A stretch of 64,000 bases of DNA. Origin: Phormidesmis sp. (GTDB lineage: Bacteria > Cyanobacteriota > Cyanobacteriia > Leptolyngbyales > Leptolyngbyaceae). The position numbers were made by a program, and so were the translations under genes. The notes beneath the pieces are model-generated. The model did no database searches, had not been told where the DNA came from, and saw only the letters and a list, made by a program, of their open reading frames with translations. This document shows, one piece after another, positions 40,611 through 51,429 of this stretch. How positions within the stretch are numbered: the stretch's first letter is position 1; each line of letters starts with the position of its first letter. Location of the stretch: contig CBDFJR010000005.1 of the NCBI GenBank assembly GCA_965248535.1, positions 1,504,001-1,568,000 on the forward strand. Direction: 5' to 3'.

Positions 40611-40729
40611 TGGTGTGAGCGTTGGCAACACTGAGTTAATTGCGATAATCCATACTACTTTTATTTCTAACTTGTGGCACGATCGAGATCGTTCCTCGTT
40701 TTCAGAACTCAGATCTTTAGTTCCGACTC

Positions 40730-40993
40730 ATGGCTAAAAAGCAAAAATTTCCCTATCTGGTTGGCTCAAAATGGACGGCCCAGCAAACCACTTGGGGCTG
40801 GCGACATTTTCAAGTCGTCAATCGCAAAAATGAAGGTCAGTGGGTGTTTGCCGAAATGGTGGCTGCTTGCGATCCCAACATCCGATTTTGGATGAATGCC
40901 AAACTGTTAAACAACCGATCGCAGTGGCAAGCCGGGTGGCGATCGCTGCAAGAAATTAAAATCGACGAAAGTTTTCAGTTTGAGGTCGAGTGA
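40730..40993 (+). CDS. TIGR02450-family Trp-rich protein
   Basis: GSKWTA..WRHFQV..WQAGW. Confidence 0.85.
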   Translation: MAKKQKFPYLVGSKWTAQQTTWGWRHFQVVNRKNEGQWVFAEMVAACDPNIRFWMNAKLLNNRSQWQAGWRSLQEIKIDESFQFEVE

Positions 40994-41009
40994 CGATCGT
41001 CAATGATGG

Positions 41010-41306
41010 CATCTCGGTTACTGCATAGAGACTGGGCACGGCAGTGCCATGCCCTTACATCGTCTCGGCTACTGGCCTAGACACGGAGACTGGCAGCATC
41101 GGGAGCTATAACCGTTCCACGGCGTTACTGGATAGAGACTGGGCACGGCACATGCCCTTACGTCGTCTCGGCTACTGGCATAGACACGACTTCATCTCGG
41201 TTACCGCATAGACACTGGGCACGGCAGTGCCATGCCCTTACATCGTCTCGGCTACTGGCCTAGACACGGAGACTGGCAGCATCGGGAGCTAGAACCGTTC
41301 CACGGC
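41010..41306. repeat. Tandem REP-containing direct repeats (114 bp, 67-bp partial, 114 bp)
   Basis: 41010-41123 and 41193-41306 differ at 3 positions; each contains GGGCACGGCAGTGCCATGCCC. Confidence 0.9.
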
Positions 41307-42791
41307 TGCAAACTCTTGCGGAATGGTAGCGTTGGCGGCTTCACCACAGGTTCGAGGAGTCGGAAAAATCTTGGTCGGGTTCGCCAGACCTTTAGGGTTG
41401 AAGGCTTGACGCACAAACTGCATCGTCTCCAGATCGGCGGGTGAAAACATCTCTGGCATATAGCAGCGTTTGTCTGCGCCGATGCCGTGTTCTCCTGAGA
41501 TGCTGCCGCCGACTTTGACACACAGTTTGAGAATGGCTCCGCCCAACTCTTCGACCTTTTCGAGCGCCCCCGGAACGGCATTATCGTAAAGAATTAAGGG
41601 ATGCAAATTGCCGTCACCCGCATGAAACACATTGGCAACGTGATAGCCAAATTTCTCGCCCAGCAGCGCAATTTCGTGAAGCACATATTCTAATTTTGTG
41701 CGGGGAATCACGCCATCTTGCACATAGTAATCAGGACTGATCTTGCCCATTGCGGCGAAAGCGGCTTTGCGTCCTTTCCAGAGTCGCAGACGCTCATCGG
41801 GGTCAGTGGCGATCGTCACATTTCGCGCCCCGTTGTGCTTGCAAATTGCCTCAATGCGTTTGCTGTTTGCCTCGGCTTCGACTTCTAACCCATCTACCTC
41901 GATTAACAAAATGGCTTCGGCATCTCGCGGGTAACACTCGGTGCAGACAACATCTTCGACCGCGTTAATGCTGAAATTATCCATCATCTCCATGCCGCCA
42001 GGAATAATGCCTGAACTGATGATGTCTGAAACGGTTGCCCCAGCCGCTTCAACGCTGGTAAAGTCGGCTAACAAGACGCGAATCGATTCAGGAGTTTTGA
42101 GAATTTTGAGGGTGATTTCGGTCGCGATGCCTAACGTGCCTTCTGAGCCGACAAAAACGCCTGTGAGATCATAGCCGGGCATCTCAGGAATCTCGCCGCC
42201 GATATCGGCGATCGTGCCATCGGGCAACACGAGCTTTAACCCCAAAACGTGATTTGTCGTCACGCCATATTTCAAACAGTGCACGCCGCCAGAATTTTCG
42301 GCAACGTTGCCCCCGATCGAGCAAATAATCTGACTCGACGGGTCAGGCGCATAATAAAACCCGGCTCCGCTAACTGCTTGAGTCACCCAGTTGTTGATCA
42401 CGCCGGGCTGCACGACAACGCGCTGATTGTCTAAATCGACGCTGAGAATGCGTTTCATTAAGGCCGTGACGATCAGGACGCAGTTTTTGATCGGCAAGGC
42501 TCCGCCCGATAATCCGGTTCCTGAGCCTCTGGCGATAAACGGAACTTGATGACGATCGCAGATCTTCACCAAAGCAGCCACGTCCTCGGTCGTTCGCGGC
42601 AAAACCACTAGCTCAGGACGCTCTCGATAGCTGGTCAACCCATCACATTCATAAACCAGTAACTCTTCTCGCTTGCGAATTACGCCATTTTTGCCCACAA
42701 CGGCTTCAAATTCTTTGGCGATCGTGTGCCAATTTAGTCCAGTCGTGAGCGCAACCATAATCGGATTTTCTACAAAAGAATCAGAAGCCAA
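41289..42791 (-). CDS. glcD: Glycolate oxidase subunit GlcD
   Basis: RGSGTGLSGGA, YAPDPSS, HCLKYG, HAGDGNLHP, SGEHGIG; start uncertain. Confidence 0.93.
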   Translation of the reverse strand: MASDSFVENPIMVALTTGLNWHTIAKEFEAVVGKNGVIRKREELLVYECDGLTSYRERPELVVLPRTTEDVAALVKICDRHQVPFIARGSGTGLSGGALPIKNCVLIVTALMKRILSVDLDNQRVVVQPGVINNWVTQAVSGAGFYYAPDPSSQIICSIGGNVAENSGGVHCLKYGVTTNHVLGLKLVLPDGTIADIGGEIPEMPGYDLTGVFVGSEGTLGIATEITLKILKTPESIRVLLADFTSVEAAGATVSDIISSGIIPGGMEMMDNFSINAVEDVVCTECYPRDAEAILLIEVDGLEVEAEANSKRIEAICKHNGARNVTIATDPDERLRLWKGRKAAFAAMGKISPDYYVQDGVIPRTKLEYVLHEIALLGEKFGYHVANVFHAGDGNLHPLILYDNAVPGALEKVEELGGAILKLCVKVGGSISGEHGIGADKRCYMPEMFSPADLETMQFVRQAFNPKGLANPTKIFPTPRTCGEAANATIPQEFAAVERF

Positions 42792-42836
42792 ATCAGGCGA
42801 TATGTAAAGTCTACCGTCAAACTCATAGAGTCGCGG

Positions 42837-43538
42837 CTAGAGTCCGGCAAACCATTCATAGCCTCGATCTTCCCAATAGCCTCGCTGGGGCAGCAGATGG
42901 CTGGTGAGCATGATTCGCGTCACCCATTTGCTGTGTTTATAGCCGAGCTTAATCGGAGCCGCTAACCGCAAAGGGGCCCCGTTATCGATCGGCAGAGGTT
43001 CCCCGTTTTTTTGATAGGCCATCAGGGTTTGGGGGTGCAGACACGATCGTAGATCCCAGCTTTCATAATAGCCATCTGCCGATTGAAAATAGACATAACG
43101 CACCGTGTCTTTGGGCTGGGCGAGTTGAATTAAATCGCGCAACGGCACGCCGCCCCACTGCACGATCGCTGCCCAACCCTCAACGCAAACATGACGCATC
43201 ACCTCGGATGTGCGAGGCAATTTGTAGAGTTCATTCAAACTCAGTTGCAGGGGGTGATTGACCTCACCGTCGATCGTCAGCCGATAGGTGGCCGGATCGA
43301 TGATCGGAGTCCGGCCGAAGGTGTTGACGATTAGCTGCTCTGGCTTAATCTGGCTCACAGGCAACTCAGGCACCCGTTTTTGGGGATTGAGCAAAAGCTC
43401 TTCAAAGCGCTGGTTGAGCGGCTCTGATATCTGCCCAACTACGCCCGCAAATAGGTCTGAGCCGCAGCCGCCCAATAGCAAACTGCTGCCTGAAAATCCT
43501 GCGATTTGAAGAAATTGACGACGATTAAACCGTTGCAT
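42837..43538 (-). CDS. Tat-exported molybdopterin oxidoreductase (sulfite oxidase/MsrP-like)
   Basis: NRRQFL, HVCVEGW, NGAPLRL..KLGYKHSKW, GYWEDRGY. Confidence 0.88.
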   Translation of the reverse strand: MQRFNRRQFLQIAGFSGSSLLLGGCGSDLFAGVVGQISEPLNQRFEELLLNPQKRVPELPVSQIKPEQLIVNTFGRTPIIDPATYRLTIDGEVNHPLQLSLNELYKLPRTSEVMRHVCVEGWAAIVQWGGVPLRDLIQLAQPKDTVRYVYFQSADGYYESWDLRSCLHPQTLMAYQKNGEPLPIDNGAPLRLAAPIKLGYKHSKWVTRIMLTSHLLPQRGYWEDRGYEWFAGL

Positions 43539-43544
43539 GAAGAA

Positions 43545-44141
43545 CTACCAAAACATCGATTCGAGTAAGCGAGAACCCCCAACTTTGAGGGCCAGGAGTG
43601 AATGCACGATCGCAAACCCAATCACCGTCGGCACCGTCATAAAGTGAACGATCCGCAAGGCTTGCCAATCGCCAAACAGATCGACAATCCAATAAAACTG
43701 CGCGGGTTTATACATGCCAATACCGCTCAAGATGGCCAGCAGCAACACGGGCACGATCGCCGTATAAACGATTCGATGCCAGGCGTAGGCCTTGCGTTTA
43801 GGATTTTTGCCGACTTGCAGCGCTTTGAGATCATTTTCTCCCACAAATCGATGCAGCCAGCGACGGCTGATCAGGATATAGAGTCCATACCCCAAGAGAT
43901 TAAGAGAAAAAATCCACATCGCGCCAAAGTGCCAGTCTCGCCCACCTGCAAGCCAGCCTCCGATGAAAATGGGCGGCAGATGCAATCCTTGTCGTCCGCC
44001 AAAAACGGGATTGGCGTTGTAGATCTGCAAGCCACTTCCCAACATGACAAAAAGACTCACCACGTTGACCCAGTGAAAGGTTTTTGCCAGCAGTGCTTGC
44101 TGCGGAAGAACGGGTTTAAGGCGAAGAGAATCATCGGTCAT
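43545..44141 (-). CDS. Cytochrome b-type membrane subunit partnering the Mo enzyme
   Basis: FHWVN, SGLQIYNA, WHF, RIVHF..VH heme His residues. Confidence 0.85.
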   Translation of the reverse strand: MTDDSLRLKPVLPQQALLAKTFHWVNVVSLFVMLGSGLQIYNANPVFGGRQGLHLPPIFIGGWLAGGRDWHFGAMWIFSLNLLGYGLYILISRRWLHRFVGENDLKALQVGKNPKRKAYAWHRIVYTAIVPVLLLAILSGIGMYKPAQFYWIVDLFGDWQALRIVHFMTVPTVIGFAIVHSLLALKVGGSRLLESMFW

Positions 44142-44513
44142 CGGTGAGCCTAGCAAAGGTGAGAAGGGTTATGTCTATTTTAAGCCGCCGGGTTGCCGCT
44201 TAGAGAGACCAGTCAGGTGAAACTCAGTCTGAGGCTAGACAATTCTCAAAAGCGGTTCAGATTATTCACGAGATTGGCGATCGTGCGGCCAGCGTTGATG
44301 ACCACTGCGATCGCTAATCTGAGATTAATTGAGTCTGTAGGAGGATGAGAAACCGAATGTTTTTAGGATTAAAAACTGCGATCTCAGGAACAATCTCAGG
44401 ATCTTGCAATCAGCGTTGCGCCTATCCTTATGCAGAGCATTCAGTAGCTTATATGACGGATGAACAACCCTTAGAAAGCTGATAGTAGTTAGAAGATATC
44501 TGAGGAAAGAGAG

Positions 44514-44906
44514 GTGAAAGGATTACTCCGATACCTACGGGAAATTAGCTTAAACAAAGCCGTCCTTTGGTGCTATCTGATTTGGTATGGGGTGATGGTT
44601 TATTTCTATTTTGATCCCTCTCCTAAAATCTGGCTGAATTCGATCGGCATCAGTGCCGTGATCGGTACAGCGCTGGTGTTGAGTGTCTCTGCCGGAGGTG
44701 GAAAACAAGATCATTGGCAAACCTTCAGACTATATCTGATGCCATTTTGCGTTTCAAGCTTTGCTGCATTAATCAAAGACAGAGGGTTTATCGTGTTTAT
44801 CTCACCCAACCTTCAAGAAACAGTGGTGTCAGCACTGGGTTGCCTATTGTTTCTGTTTCTCGTTTTAGTCGTTAAATTGTCTAAAAAGAAGGTCTTTAAT
44901 CTCTAG
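44514..44906 (+). CDS. Hypothetical 4-TM membrane protein
   Basis: RBS GAGG(A) + GTG; hydrophobic helices. Confidence 0.65.
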   Translation: MKGLLRYLREISLNKAVLWCYLIWYGVMVYFYFDPSPKIWLNSIGISAVIGTALVLSVSAGGGKQDHWQTFRLYLMPFCVSSFAALIKDRGFIVFISPNLQETVVSALGCLLFLFLVLVVKLSKKKVFNL

Positions 44907-45045
44907 AAGCCTGGTCAAGCAGAGCCGCAATCTGCGATCGTCCACAAATCAACCCTACCTCATCCATAGATTGATTGCACCTCATCCCATTCCCAGTTAA
45001 CTTAGCAAAGAGTCCATTGTGGTTATGTCGGTGAGGAGAATTTGA

Positions 45046-45561
45046 ATGCCTGAAAAAGCCAGAGTCATTGCTGAAATGGTGCAGCATCTGCATGACGTTT
45101 TAGAACAACCCCACCCTGCCTTTGGAGGACTGCCGATCTGCCCTTTTGTAAAACAGGCTCGAATCAAAAACAAAATTGACTTTCGGGTGCAAGAGTTTGA
45201 GATGAAGGATCTTGATCCGTCTTCACCCCTGATGATTCACATTCATCACTTTGCTCAAATGCGGATACACGATGTGTTGTTCATCATTCATCCGATTAAA
45301 CAAGCTCTAAAGCCGTCGCAACTTGAACAGTTTGTTGACTGTTTAAACCAACCTCTACAGCCCCTCCAACTCACGGCATTTGGGGGGCATCCAGAAGACA
45401 ACTTCAAAATTCAAGACGTTTTAACTCGACAAGAACCCTATATCAACATCACGGTTCAGTCGATCGAGAAACTCAAGTCTGCTTCAGACCTACTAGCCAC
45501 TACTCACTACTATGACCATTGGCCGTCATCTGCCCTCAAAGCAGTTGGGTATCCTCGATGA
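45046..45561 (+). CDS. Hypothetical protein (weakly DUF1415-like CPF/HP motifs)
   Basis: Strong RBS GAGGAG; PICPFVKQAR, GGHPED, EPY. Confidence 0.65.
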   Translation: MPEKARVIAEMVQHLHDVLEQPHPAFGGLPICPFVKQARIKNKIDFRVQEFEMKDLDPSSPLMIHIHHFAQMRIHDVLFIIHPIKQALKPSQLEQFVDCLNQPLQPLQLTAFGGHPEDNFKIQDVLTRQEPYINITVQSIEKLKSASDLLATTHYYDHWPSSALKAVGYPR

Positions 45562-45589
45562 GATTGCGATCGCTGACCGAGGGCAACCA

Positions 45590-48240
45590 TCACAACTTCT
45601 CAATCTCTTTCTCAGTGCGCTGTTGACTGATGACATCTCCGTGGTGTTTAAAAGTTTCGGCTGCTTTTTGCAAGTCTGCTAACGCTGCTTTTTTGTTGCC
45701 CAGTGCACCCTGTGCCAGTCCTCGGTCTTCGTAAATCTCCGAATATTCTGGGTCAATTGCTAAAGCCCGATCGCAGTCTTCTAGCGCTTTTTTGTCGGCT
45801 AACTTAGCCCGAACATAGCAGCGCCGCGTGAAATTTGTGAGCGATTCTGAGTCTAGGGCGATCGCCCGATCGCAATCAGCAAGTGCCCCTTTAAACTCAC
45901 CCAGTCCACGGGCGCGGGCATAACAGCGAGTGCTGTGAGCAAGACTGTTGTCAGACTCTAGCCGAATTGCTTGATTAGCATCGGCGATCGCGCCCTGATA
46001 GTCGCTCTGCACAGTGCGAATACTCGATCGTCGGAGATACAAGTCTGAATCTGGCTTTAATTGAATCGCCTGATCGAGATCTTGCAGCGCTCCTGCATAA
46101 TCGAACACCCGTTGTCTATCACTCGATCGCTCCGAATAAGCCGCAATGTTTTTAGGATCAATCCGCAGGGCTTGGGTGTAATCAGCGATCGCACCCTTAG
46201 CATCGACTAGAGAACGAGCTAATCCTCTCTTATAGTAAGCATCGCTGCTGTTGGGATCTAGTCGAATGGCACGGGTGAATTTAGCGATCGCGCCTTCCTT
46301 ATTTCCGTTTTCTAGGTTTGTTTGCCCCAACTCAATGAGCTTGCTCGCCGTTAAAGGAGTTTTGCGAGTAGTTGCCAACGCCATAAAACTTTCAGACTGC
46401 ACTTTCTCAGAAGTCACCGAGCTAGTTCCGCTAATGCTGCGAATGCTGCCCAGAGATTCCATAATGCCATCCAGTTCAGGACTCTTTTTGCTAATGCCCG
46501 TGCTAACGCCCATTAATGGCACGATCGTGCTGTTAATTAGGGACAGCACGGCCCCTCCGTTGATATAGAAATAACCTTGATTTGCGGTTGAGAGGGGCGC
46601 GATCGCGGCTTTGAAATTTGCAGACTGAGTTAGCGATCGGGCTGGCTTAGGGCTGAATTCGGCGATCGCGCCCCCGCCACCGAGAATCAAGACGGTATCT
46701 TGACTCACCCAACCGTGAGACAGAATACTCTGAGGTTTGCCTTGAGCAGGCAGATCCCAAGTAGTCACGGGCTGCCCTTGAAGGGTGCGAGTGTTGACCA
46801 CTTTTTTGTCGATGCGAGTTTGAGCCACGCGATCGAGTTTGCTGAGAGCGGCTTCGGCGGCAGCACGATCGCGAGTTTGAATCATCAAACCAAACCCCAA
46901 GTCAAGGTTAGGAACGGTAGCGGGCAAAAAGCCTTGACGAGTAGGATATATAAACGTCGCCATCTCGCCGTTCATCCACGGAAAGAAGTCGCGATCGTCG
47001 AATCCGACTAAGCTCTGACTCGATTGACGAAACTGCGCTAGTCCTTTCTTAGTGGAGGGATCAAGTTCTAACCCTTTGATGAGTGCTTGCCAAATCAGCG
47101 CTATATTCTGACCATTAGAGACAACATAACTGACCTCTGGGAGCCGCTCTAAAATTTGATTGCGGTTGGTCGATAAGGTCAACAATGATGGCGGAATTGC
47201 CTGCTTAAAATGGATATCAATCTGCATGTGCAGTCCGTCAGGTTGTGCCCACACAGCGCCATCCATCACGTCATAATAGCGACTCAAAACATCCAGCTTT
47301 TTAGAGTCGAGTTGGGGAGGACGGGGAAACCCAGGCGGCAGCGCATTGCTCTGAGCTTGATTGAAGGCAGTAGCGGCAGCGAGAATCTGAGTATAGTCGC
47401 CGTAACCTGTGATTAGCGGCTGTACAGGTTCACCAGAGAGCGATCGTTGAAACTGCGATCGCAGGGTGCGCTGAAACAAGGGGTTAGCGGCAAGCTTGCT
47501 TTCTGTCTGAGCGTCGATCAGTTGTTGAATTGGCTCAATCGTCAGCGCCGTGACCACATAGCCCGGAAGAATCGCGATCGCCAACCCTTTAGGCGCAAAC
47601 GGCGAGGCGATCGGGGATGTCTTGTGAGAAGAGGACGGTGGGGGCAAGTTTGGCAACGGAACTGCCAGCAGATCAGGGGTCGCTGCCGTTGAGAAGGATT
47701 TGCTGACAGTCGTCAGTGCCCTGGGCTGCCCAACTCGTGCTTCAGGACAAGGTTTCTTTTCAACGCCTGCGCCGCAGGGTGTGACTGCTGGCTTGGGGGG
47801 CTGCCACTCTAAAATGGTGATGCCTTGATAGTGATGCTCGATCGCGACGGTTTTGCGGGCTGCTTTCAACCGTTCTAAAAACGCTGGAATCAGTGTGGTG
47901 TCTTTGATCGAGGCAATCGTGAGCGCCCGATCGGGGTGAGATTTGAGAGGGAGTAGCGCGATCGCTACTTGATTTCCCAACCAGGGTTGAATATCTGTAG
48001 AAAAATTAAGCCCCGGCTGAATCGGGTAAAAACTACCAGGAAAGGAAAAATCGGCGGGAAACAATCCAAAGCGACTGAGTTCTTCCCACGTTTTTTCTTG
48101 AGTGTTGATCAATAACACGCCTGGCGGTGTCGCCTAGGCAACAGATCAGCAACCGAGTTTGAACCCGTCTGGGCAAACGCAGCACTAGGAGTGAGAATCA
48201 GAGCAGACAGAACAGGTAGCAGAAATCGATTGAGCAGCAT
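45590..48240 (-). pseudogene. DUF3352-like + TPR exported protein, frameshifted near its 5' end
   Basis: Signal peptide MLLNRFLLPVLSALILTPSAAFAQ from 48240 is out of frame with ORF 45590-48118 (DIQPWLGNQVAIA, FPWMNGE, C-terminal TPRs). Confidence 0.7.
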
Positions 48241-48248
48241 GAACGTAG

Positions 48249-48630
48249 TTATGAATGGTTTGCCTGAAGACGTTGAATGTCTGCGATCGACAGTTCGGTC
48301 ACCAGCGCGATCGTTTCGATATCAATCCCTTGTTGTAGCAATTTAGTCGCAACCGATCGACGCTCTTCTTCGCGCCCTCGTTGCCGTCCTCCTTCGAGGC
48401 CCTCTTGCAAAATCTCTTGGTAAATCACAGAATCCTTCATCTGTTCTCTCCATAACACTCGACTAATTATATCTTTCTCCAATATTAAACTAGCTAAGAT
48501 TCCGGTTGCCGTAATCAGGTTATTTTGTTGTCTTTGATCTTCAACCCGCTTGATTTCTTGAACGACACGACGCAACGCGGCTTCTCGATCGCTGGTTTGA
48601 CTCAGTGCCAAATAGGGTAATAAAAGGCTC
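48249..48630 (-). pseudogene. C-terminal fragment of an Rpn/PD-(D/E)XK-family protein
   Basis: LLPYLAL..MKDSVIYQEILQEG..EEERRSVATKLLQQGIDIETIALVTELS; nuclease N-terminus absent. Confidence 0.8.
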
Positions 48631-48766
48631 TTGCAATTCTGGTATGACCGCTCTCCTAGAAAGTTAGGTGAGGTCGATTGAGATGTATCTAATCGATTAA
48701 TAAATCTATCAACAATGCCGAGGGAAACTCTATTTTTGCGCCCGTCTCTACCGGGATTCATATTGT

Positions 48767-50227
48767 TCAGCAGGGTGGTTGATCGAGCCTCCAATCGTGC
48801 AGGGGGGCATATAGCGATCGAGAGCGGTGCCAGGCGGCTTCTAACTCTGGGGTGAGAGGATTGGGGTTAATCGCTCGATCGGGGTTCGTTGGGTGAGGAA
48901 TTGCGCTGATCGTGCGATAGACTCCTGTTCCTAGCCCTGCCAAGATCGCTGCTCCTCGACCAGAGGCAGATGACACGGTTGACCTATAGAGGGGCACTTG
49001 CAGCACGTCTGCGATTAACTGCTGCCAGGCAGAATCGACCGCGCCGCCTCCTGCCAGGGTGAGGGCTGGCACCGAGATTCCTAACGCTGTGAGCGCCTCT
49101 AGACCTTGCTTTAGCGAAAACGCAACGCCTTCTAACGCTGATCGCATTAAGTGCGATCGCGAGTGATGCAACCCCAACCCAACCCAGGCTCCTCGTGCAT
49201 TGGGGTCGAGATAAGGGGTGCGCTCTCCGGTCAGATAGGGTAAAAAGGTCAGTCCTTCACAGCCTGGCGGCACGGCAAACGCTTGAGCATAGACTTGTTG
49301 CCACGTTAGTCCCAGGATGTCGCGCACCCATTCCAACGCCAAGCCCGCATTTTGAAGCGCGGCCAAGGCATACCACTGCTGAGGCAATGCCGATCGATAT
49401 AAATGAGTGCGGTTTTGAGGATCGGCGATCGGCTGATCGCGCAGGCTAACGATTTGGGCACCCGTGCCGATCGTCAGTTGCACTACACCCGGCTTCAAGA
49501 TACCACTGCCCAGCAGGGCAGCGGCGGTGTCGGCGGCTCCAGCGACTACAGGCAAACCAGGGGGCAAGCCTAAATGGTCTGACGCTTCGGGAGTCAGAGA
49601 TCCAGCAATGCTGCTAGACGGAATCAGGCTAGGGAGCCAGTCCGATCGTAGATTCAAAGCATCGATCACCGTCAGCGACCAGCGATCTTTGACAACGTTA
49701 TACAGTAAGGTGCCTGATGCGTCAGAGGGTTCTGTAGCGACCTCTCCCGTGAGCCGAAACCGGAGCCAATCTTTGGGCTGAAGGGCCCATCGAGCGCTGT
49801 TGTATAGATCTCGTTCATAGGTGCGAAGCCAGAGCAAACTCGTGCCTGCCATTCCGGTGGTGATGGGGTTGGCGAGTTTGGCTTGCAGCCCTGCCCCGAT
49901 CGCGTGATAAGCATAGAGCATTTCGCTCGATCGCGTGTCGGCCCAAAGCATTGCGGGGTAGAGCGGTTGAGCATTGGCATTGGTTAAAACAACGCCGTGC
50001 ATCTGCCCCGATAGCCCGATCGCTCGGACTGCTTGCTTCTGATCTCGCACCGCCGATCGAACGGCGATCGCCACCGATGCCCACCAATCTAACGGATTGA
50101 TCTCTGCCCACCCCGATCGGGGTGTTTGCACCAAATAAGCACTCGACCCTTCGGACACCAGGGTGCCATCCTGTCCCAACAGCACCGCCTTCACAGAACT
50201 GGTTCCTAAATCAATGCCCAGCAGCAT
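48767..50227 (-). CDS. xylB: Xylulokinase (FGGY family)
   Basis: GIDLGTSSVK, LSGQMHG, PKDWL, SDASGT, LPYLTGERTP. Confidence 0.88.
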   Translation of the reverse strand: MLLGIDLGTSSVKAVLLGQDGTLVSEGSSAYLVQTPRSGWAEINPLDWWASVAIAVRSAVRDQKQAVRAIGLSGQMHGVVLTNANAQPLYPAMLWADTRSSEMLYAYHAIGAGLQAKLANPITTGMAGTSLLWLRTYERDLYNSARWALQPKDWLRFRLTGEVATEPSDASGTLLYNVVKDRWSLTVIDALNLRSDWLPSLIPSSSIAGSLTPEASDHLGLPPGLPVVAGAADTAAALLGSGILKPGVVQLTIGTGAQIVSLRDQPIADPQNRTHLYRSALPQQWYALAALQNAGLALEWVRDILGLTWQQVYAQAFAVPPGCEGLTFLPYLTGERTPYLDPNARGAWVGLGLHHSRSHLMRSALEGVAFSLKQGLEALTALGISVPALTLAGGGAVDSAWQQLIADVLQVPLYRSTVSSASGRGAAILAGLGTGVYRTISAIPHPTNPDRAINPNPLTPELEAAWHRSRSLYAPLHDWRLDQPPC

Positions 50228-50363
50228 AGTTCGTCTTTAATGGTGGATCAGGAAATGGTGGATCAGGAAGCACGAAAATCTCTAGCTCTAGATCAATGGG
50301 CTAAAAAAATAGAGCCAACCCCGCAGGGCAAACTCTATCTCAGCTTTATAAATTGCCAGCCAC

Positions 50364-50783
50364 TCAGGAGTCAAACAACCAGGCATTCACGCGCTGCAAG
50401 CTCTTCCAGTCGGGCTTGCGCGTAAACCCATCGGCAATATTTTGCTTGACTTCATCACCCAACTCAGGCAGCGTCGTCAACTGTTGAGCAATCTCAATGT
50501 GAGGTCTCACCCCAGGCTTTGACAGGTCTAACATCGCTATCACAAGATTGACTCGCGCTTGAGGGTCTTGAGGGTTGAGCTTTACCGCTTTTTGGGCAGA
50601 TGTCAGCGCCAGAGATGGCTTGTCTGCCAGCAAATAGAGCCAGGCTAAACACGTCCAGGCAGAGCTGCTCTTGCGAGAGCGATCGCAGATGTCTTTAAAA
50701 ACCGGAATCAACACCTCTGGATCTTCTCCAGATTTATAGCGTTCAAGCCCCTGGTCAAAAAGCGCTTCAATAGTTTGGGTCAT
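50364..50783 (-). CDS. TPR protein
   Basis: AWTCLAWLYLL..AVKLNPQDPQARVNL. Confidence 0.8.
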   Translation of the reverse strand: MTQTIEALFDQGLERYKSGEDPEVLIPVFKDICDRSRKSSSAWTCLAWLYLLADKPSLALTSAQKAVKLNPQDPQARVNLVIAMLDLSKPGVRPHIEIAQQLTTLPELGDEVKQNIADGFTRKPDWKSLQRVNAWLFDS

Positions 50784-50852
50784 GATCGAGCTAGAAAATT
50801 GAACAACACAATAGATTCAGTCATTATCGAGGAATCTATGACCAACCAGCCA

Positions 50853-51209
50853 TTAGGCAGAAAATGATTTTCCGCAGCCGCAGGTGGCACTCGCGTTGGG
50901 GTTGGTAAATTGAAACCCGCCGCCAATCAGCGCATCACTATAGTCCAGCATCAGACCATAGAGATAGAGCAGACTTTTAGGGTCACTAATGACCTGAAAG
51001 CCACCATAGTCATAAACCTCATCGTCAGGACGAATGTTGGTCGGATCTTCAAAATCCATTGTGTAAGACATGCCAGAGCAACCGCCGCCCCTGACCCCGA
51101 CGCGAAGGCAAAGATCCGTTCCTTGCCGTTCTCGCAGCAGCATCACATGTTTAAGCGCGGTCTCGCTCATCATAATTCCGCGTTGTTGAGACTGGGTTGT
51201 TTGTGTCAT
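50853..51209 (-). CDS. iscA: Fe-S cluster assembly A-type carrier
   Basis: GGCSGMSY..NPNA..CGCGKSF. Confidence 0.93.
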   Translation of the reverse strand: MTQTTQSQQRGIMMSETALKHVMLLRERQGTDLCLRVGVRGGGCSGMSYTMDFEDPTNIRPDDEVYDYGGFQVISDPKSLLYLYGLMLDYSDALIGGGFQFTNPNASATCGCGKSFSA

Positions 51210-51429
51210 TTGCCCGTCTGACTCCTTGGCTAGGTCAAAAAATGTGATTGTGTTTATGTCACTATCTTATCGATTATTTGCTGAAAACTGATTCGTGACG
51301 CATAACTTGACCTGGCTGGCTATGCTGAAGAGGCGGCTTTGCAGAATGTCGGTGAGGAAAAGGATTAACGTTTAAGATAAGGTCTATCGTCTAAAAGTCT
51401 GTTCCGTTCTTCTGTTATCTGGCTTGGTT

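Noticed and set aside
50239..50268. 15-bp tandem duplication upstream of xylB
   Set aside because: Two copies only; most simply slippage, with no functional evidence
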